This document shows, piece after piece, positions 59,801-64,000 of a stretch of DNA of 64,000 nt. Made by a program: the position numbers and the translations under genes. Source of the stretch: Zygnema circumcarinatum SAG 698-1b. Taxonomy: Eukaryota; Plantae; Zygnematophyceae. The stretch lies in the NCBI GenBank assembly GCA_037447605.1, contig CM074804.1, positions 7,293,909 to 7,357,908 of the forward strand, given 5' to 3'. How positions within the stretch are numbered: position 1 is the first letter of the stretch; the number at the start of each line of letters is the position of its first letter. The notes under the pieces are model-generated. The model was not told the origin of the DNA. It saw only the letters and a list, made by a program, of their open reading frames with translations, and did no database searches.

Positions 59801-62704
59801 CTCGAGTCTTGGTCTTTTTCCTAGTTTTCAACCCCATGCTACCCCATACCCCATGTTACAAGTACTTCAACAATATAAGCGGTTTCACTGCAGTTTGCAC
59901 ACGTGCGTTTTCAGGTGGAAGCTGAAATGGGTGAAAGCATTTCACGTAAGCGCTTTTTCGAGGTGGGACTGGTACATCCAGCATGCTGAGTTTCTTGCCT
60001 TGGGTCATGGTGCTGGCTGACAGACCAATCGGGCGGCTTCCCTTAGCGAAATGGAGGTGATTCGACTGCAGGCCATTTTGACTACTCTGAGAGACACGTC
60101 TCACTACCACTCGTCCACGTTCGCAGATGCTGATTTTGCTCTCCTGAGCAAGATTTTTATGTCTTGGCCTCGTGCTCATCTCTTTCCTGGTGAGCCGCCC
60201 GACTCAATTGGTTTGTGATGATGTCTGTGAAATTTTATTCCATTTTTTGCACAAGAAAATCCTTATTTTCAAGAGATCTCATATCATGTCTGGACATACT
60301 CATTTACTCCTGATTGGGGGTTGCTTCCACTTGCTCTGCAGCACTGGACCTATTACGCATGATGCTTCTGCATCCTCAATCAGCCAAGCACTTTGGGGAA
60401 GTGGCCTCTGGTAAAGTAACTCGAGACATGAGATTCTTCACCAATGAATCCTGGATTGGCGTTATTGCATACTTAAAAAACTCGTTACATTTGACTCATA
60501 GTCAGTGAGGATCCCTGGTCACTGATTATATTGGAGCAACTTGCTTTGGTCATGATCGATCCCCAGCAAAAGTGAAACCGAGGCCTCATTTTCTAGGATG
60601 GAAGAGTTTCTGATATTTCTCATGAGAGTGCCAATTTAGCTTTGCACTGCTGCCTGCGTGATGGTGCAACAGATCTTGTTTTGAAGGCACTGAGGAGAGC
60701 TGCAGAGAAGCCTGCCATTGTTCAGAACCACTTAACCGGCCTCAGAACAGCAGTGAACACCTTCAGGCATACATCACTCAGGCCATGGACGCAACAGCAT
60801 AGAGAGGAGGTGAAATGACAGCCAGCTTCCCTTGTAGCCTGTTATTCATAAAGGGGTGGATTACTTCAGCGTCTTAACCCTGAGTGTACCCGAACAGATT
60901 ACACAAAAAATGATTTTGGATCTCCCATGAGCTCCCATCTCCTTCTCACGCCATGTGTATGTCTGCTGCCTTCAGGAATATTCAACCTAGACAACAAGTC
61001 TGCTATAGCTTTACAAATTGCTTCAGAACCTACTTCTCAGTTATGAGACAGTTCGCTGTGTAGTAGCACTGCAGAAAATCCGGCAGTCGTTATATCTCCC
61101 TCCAGTCTTTCGGTTTAGGATGGATTGGAGAAGAGATTTGTAGTAATTGCGGCAACGAAGGTCAAGATGGACTATGCTCTGAGTTGGGCCTAACCTTGAA
61201 TACTATGTAGTTGAGGCTGTGTAGTGACCTATTGTGCAAGCGGCATTGCAGGTCCTCGACCTGTTCGCTGACTGCAGGGAGTCAGCCAATAAGAACGTGC
61301 GACTGGCTTGGGCCACCCTTCTCCTCAAGTGCGTGCCGCTGTTATTTTACAATTAGATGGGATGGAAAGTCGTGACTGCTGCCTGTCTTCCATTCTCTTT
61401 CGTTTTTGCGGTGCCTGCTAGTTACGAAAACATTTGACTTTGAGAACAAATGTAAAGAGGTATGACTGCAGTATCTTACTGGACTGAGAGGAGCATGTGC
61501 TCTGCCCTTTGCTGGACTAGGTCAGGCCTTGGTTCACTAGGGACGTTGAAATCTTAGTAGTCAATCATGTATGCATGTGAATCTTGTATTCTCATGGTGC
61601 TTGAACCTGTGGAATCAACTTCTTTACTGTGTATGGAGGTTGCTCGTTTCTGGAAACCCTCCGCAGAAGGAGATTCAAGTTGGACCTAGCTTCGTCAGGA
61701 CAGGTTGAGGCATTTAACATCATGCTTCGTCCCTTGAGATCTTACTTCTTTGCTCGATGTGCCCTTGTGCAGTTTCTCCGTGCTGATGGTGGAAACTGCA
61801 GATGAAGAGGGCCAAATTCAGGTTTTATCGGCAGCGCTTGAGGTGAGAGTGTCTCTGCCTATGTGTTGCCTGACATGCATTTCCGGAACATGTGGACCAT
61901 CTGATTCTTGAGCCTGTGGCCTGTGCCACATGAAGGTATAAAGACGTGGTATTCTACGTGGGCTTTGACAAAACCACAGTCTGGGGCATTGTGTAACTTT
62001 TTTGAGATCCCACAATGCGAACTGTATTTTCCAGTGGCCTATGTGGCACAGGACTTTTAAATGGCTCGTTGTGATGTCTCATGTATAGCATAGGCCATGC
62101 TATGTTGATTGGCCAATGTGAATTCCTCATCATGAAAAGTGATTTTTTTTAATGAACAATGGGAACTGCTCTAGCTTTCGGTTTACAAGCACAGGTGCCT
62201 GATAGAACAATTTGTCCTGAGATTCCCTGCAAATCTCCCGTACTTAGTGGCTGGCATAATTTTGCCTGAATGGGACTTCACGACTTCTCTCGGCTGAAAT
62301 TCCCTTTGATGTGGCATCAGGTTGCGACCTTGAAGGAGTCGGATGTTGAGGTGCTCTATCGTGCCCTGCTGGCTGTAGGAACGCTGGTGAGCATCGTCTT
62401 TCCATACGTTTGCACAGCTCTTCTTCATGTGCTCCTTCGGGTGTTCTTATTGCCGTGATTTTGTTATCGAAAGGCAAATCTATGCTTTTGTGGGAATCCT
62501 GGACACTGCGGGAGGGAAGAGTTTTGCATTGCTTTTCTTTTGTTGTTAACTTGGTCTTTCTCTCTACTCTTCCAGGTGGGGAGCGGCTCTGTCAAGAGCA
62601 TCGCATTGGATCTTGATGTGAACAGCATTGTAGCTGTGGCGGAACAATCCAAAGAAGCTAAACTCGCAGAGATCGGAAAGGAGTTGCGGGCTGCTTTAAA
62701 CTAA
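53831..62704 (+). CDS. PLAA: Phospholipase A2-activating protein / DOA1-UFD3 (WD40 + PFU + PUL; Cdc48 cofactor)
   Basis: Multi-exon gene: WD40 repeats (ELRGHKED|VRAV..TGSRDKT; GH..W repeats), PFU (YDYVFDVDIGDG..LPFNRG|QNPYDVADKWL), PUL (FDSAQYDGILKKL; HLFPVIDLLRMMLLHP; ALYRALLAVGTL). Stop TAA at 62702..62704. Confidence 0.95.
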
Positions 62705-63158
62705 AACCTTGCTCTGGATGGTTTGTTACAAACGTCGAATTTGAACGAATAAGAAATGATGATACATTTTGCAGTAGATGCCAAAACAGAAATTGCAACA
62801 TGAGGGACGGTAGTGCTTGTCTTCGTGGAAATGCAAAGCCCGGTGAGATTGAAACCAAAAAGGCACTTTAGGGTTGACGCAATATTCCTCAGCATTGTCT
62901 GTTGTCAGTCGATGTGCTGCCGCTCCCCTCTTTCCTTCCAAGGTCGAAGGTCAGCACACGGTTTCCTTATGGTATTTCCTCCTTTGCCTAAGGGACGTGC
63001 TTAGGAAATTCAACGAGTGGTTGCTGTGGGAAGTGGGCCCTTGTGCCACTCAAAAGGAATGACCATGGAGCTCTCTGTGAGATGCATCACAAATGCGTCC
63101 TACAGGCAAACGCTGACAGCCCGAGGCACACCATTTTCCAGCCTTCTCCAGACTCTGT

Positions 63159-63790
63159 TTAAACAGCACAGACTCTGGCACCCGCAGCTAATGCGAGACG
63201 GACTAACATTCTCGCCATGCTTGGTTTTCGAAATACTTCTGAGAAATGATTCTACGATTTTTCAGTCATAAGGGGGATGAGCGTGAGCTATGCGAGTCAT
63301 TGCTACTCAGTCCTCACCCAGCCTCAGTTCATCACGAGGAATTAATTGTTAAGGCACAACACAAGCTGCAGTCTTCCAACCACCGATGTGTGGCAGTGCA
63401 TCATACCATTACACTTAAGAGGGCATTCTTCCACAATTCGCGTGCATCCAGGAAATATTTGCATGCACTGGACAATGGGAAGCGCCTCTATGTGATCAGC
63501 AAGCAGCACATAGCAGACCGGTATGAGAGCGAAGTCGTGCCAATTGATTTCTTAACAGAATGATCTCAAAGTGGTCACACATTTCTCTTTTAAGAAGCAT
63601 AATCATGACATGCATTGTAATACAACGGTGTTTAACTTCAACAAAATAGCAAATCGCTATTTCAAGGGACAAAAAGGGAAAGTGATGTGGCCAAAAGGTA
63701 AGCCAAACACTCGACAACTTGAAGAGGAAAGTGGGTCATCCAAAACCAAGTAATTCACATGGCTTCCATGATCCACCCCCCACTCTCTTA
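63159..63790 (-). CDS. Probable 3' exons of an unidentified minus-strand gene continuing beyond the window
   Basis: Three phase-compatible segments with GT-AG ends (63719..63790, 63407..63550, 63159..63238) join to ..VNYLVLDDPLSSSKINWHDFALIPVCYVLLADHIEALPIVQCMQIFPGCTRIVEECPLKCNEVFRKPSMARMLVRLALAAGARVCAV*. Family not recognised. Confidence 0.4.
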
Positions 63791-64000
63791 CTGAAAGAGA
63801 GAAAATATTCCATAACAAAGGTCAATCAAAGAAAAGACGAAACAAAAGGTTGACTTGAACTGCCACCCCTTAGACTGACCACCTTTGACCGACCCTGAAA
63901 TGTTTGACTTTCACTATCACTTGGCGACAAAGCATTGGCAAAGCCAATAAACAGATTGGACCTACTCCTAAAAAGCATGCAATAAATATTTACAATCGTG

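Noticed and set aside
60765-60775. Apparent GC donor (TTCAG|GCATAC) in PLAP
   Set aside because: The frame continues as RHTSLRPWTQQHREE, matching the PUL domain, up to a canonical GT donor at ~60810.

Overview
Gene-dense, intron-containing eukaryotic nuclear DNA from a green plant. The inferred source is a non-seed streptophyte (bryophyte or charophyte/zygnematophyte alga), based on compact genes, plant-type orthologues and a Ser-type CCaMK. I reconstructed 13 protein genes by hand from ORF fragments and splice sites: an Agenet+ENT protein (5' truncated), ATP11, SICKLE-like, CCaMK/DMI3, S-formylglutathione hydrolase, plastid BCAT, a TAP-type ABCB half transporter, TOM2A-like tetraspanin, IPT9-type tRNA isopentenyltransferase, a plastid TPR protein, an OTS-type SUMO protease, a GH31 alpha-glucosidase and PLAP/DOA1. 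There is also a probable 3' fragment of a 14th gene at the right edge, an intron-containing tRNA-Tyr(GUA) and several microsatellites. The most notable observations are: (1) an intact 432-bp non-autonomous hAT element (17-bp TIRs, 8-bp TSD) carrying a phased GTAC array, inserted between the tRNA and the TOM2A start; (2) an ABCB transporter with an ABCB9/TAPL-like four-helix TMD0; (3) a SUMO protease with an N-terminal C4 motif and a C-terminal EAR motif; (4) a twice-repeated bipartite ~100-bp element downstream of two genes; (5) an orphan Pol III A-box/B-box element with a microsatellite tail; (6) a candidate U12-type intron and two GC-AG introns; (7) a perfect (GGGCAT)31 G-quadruplex-type array. 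All family assignments come from motif recall, not database searches.
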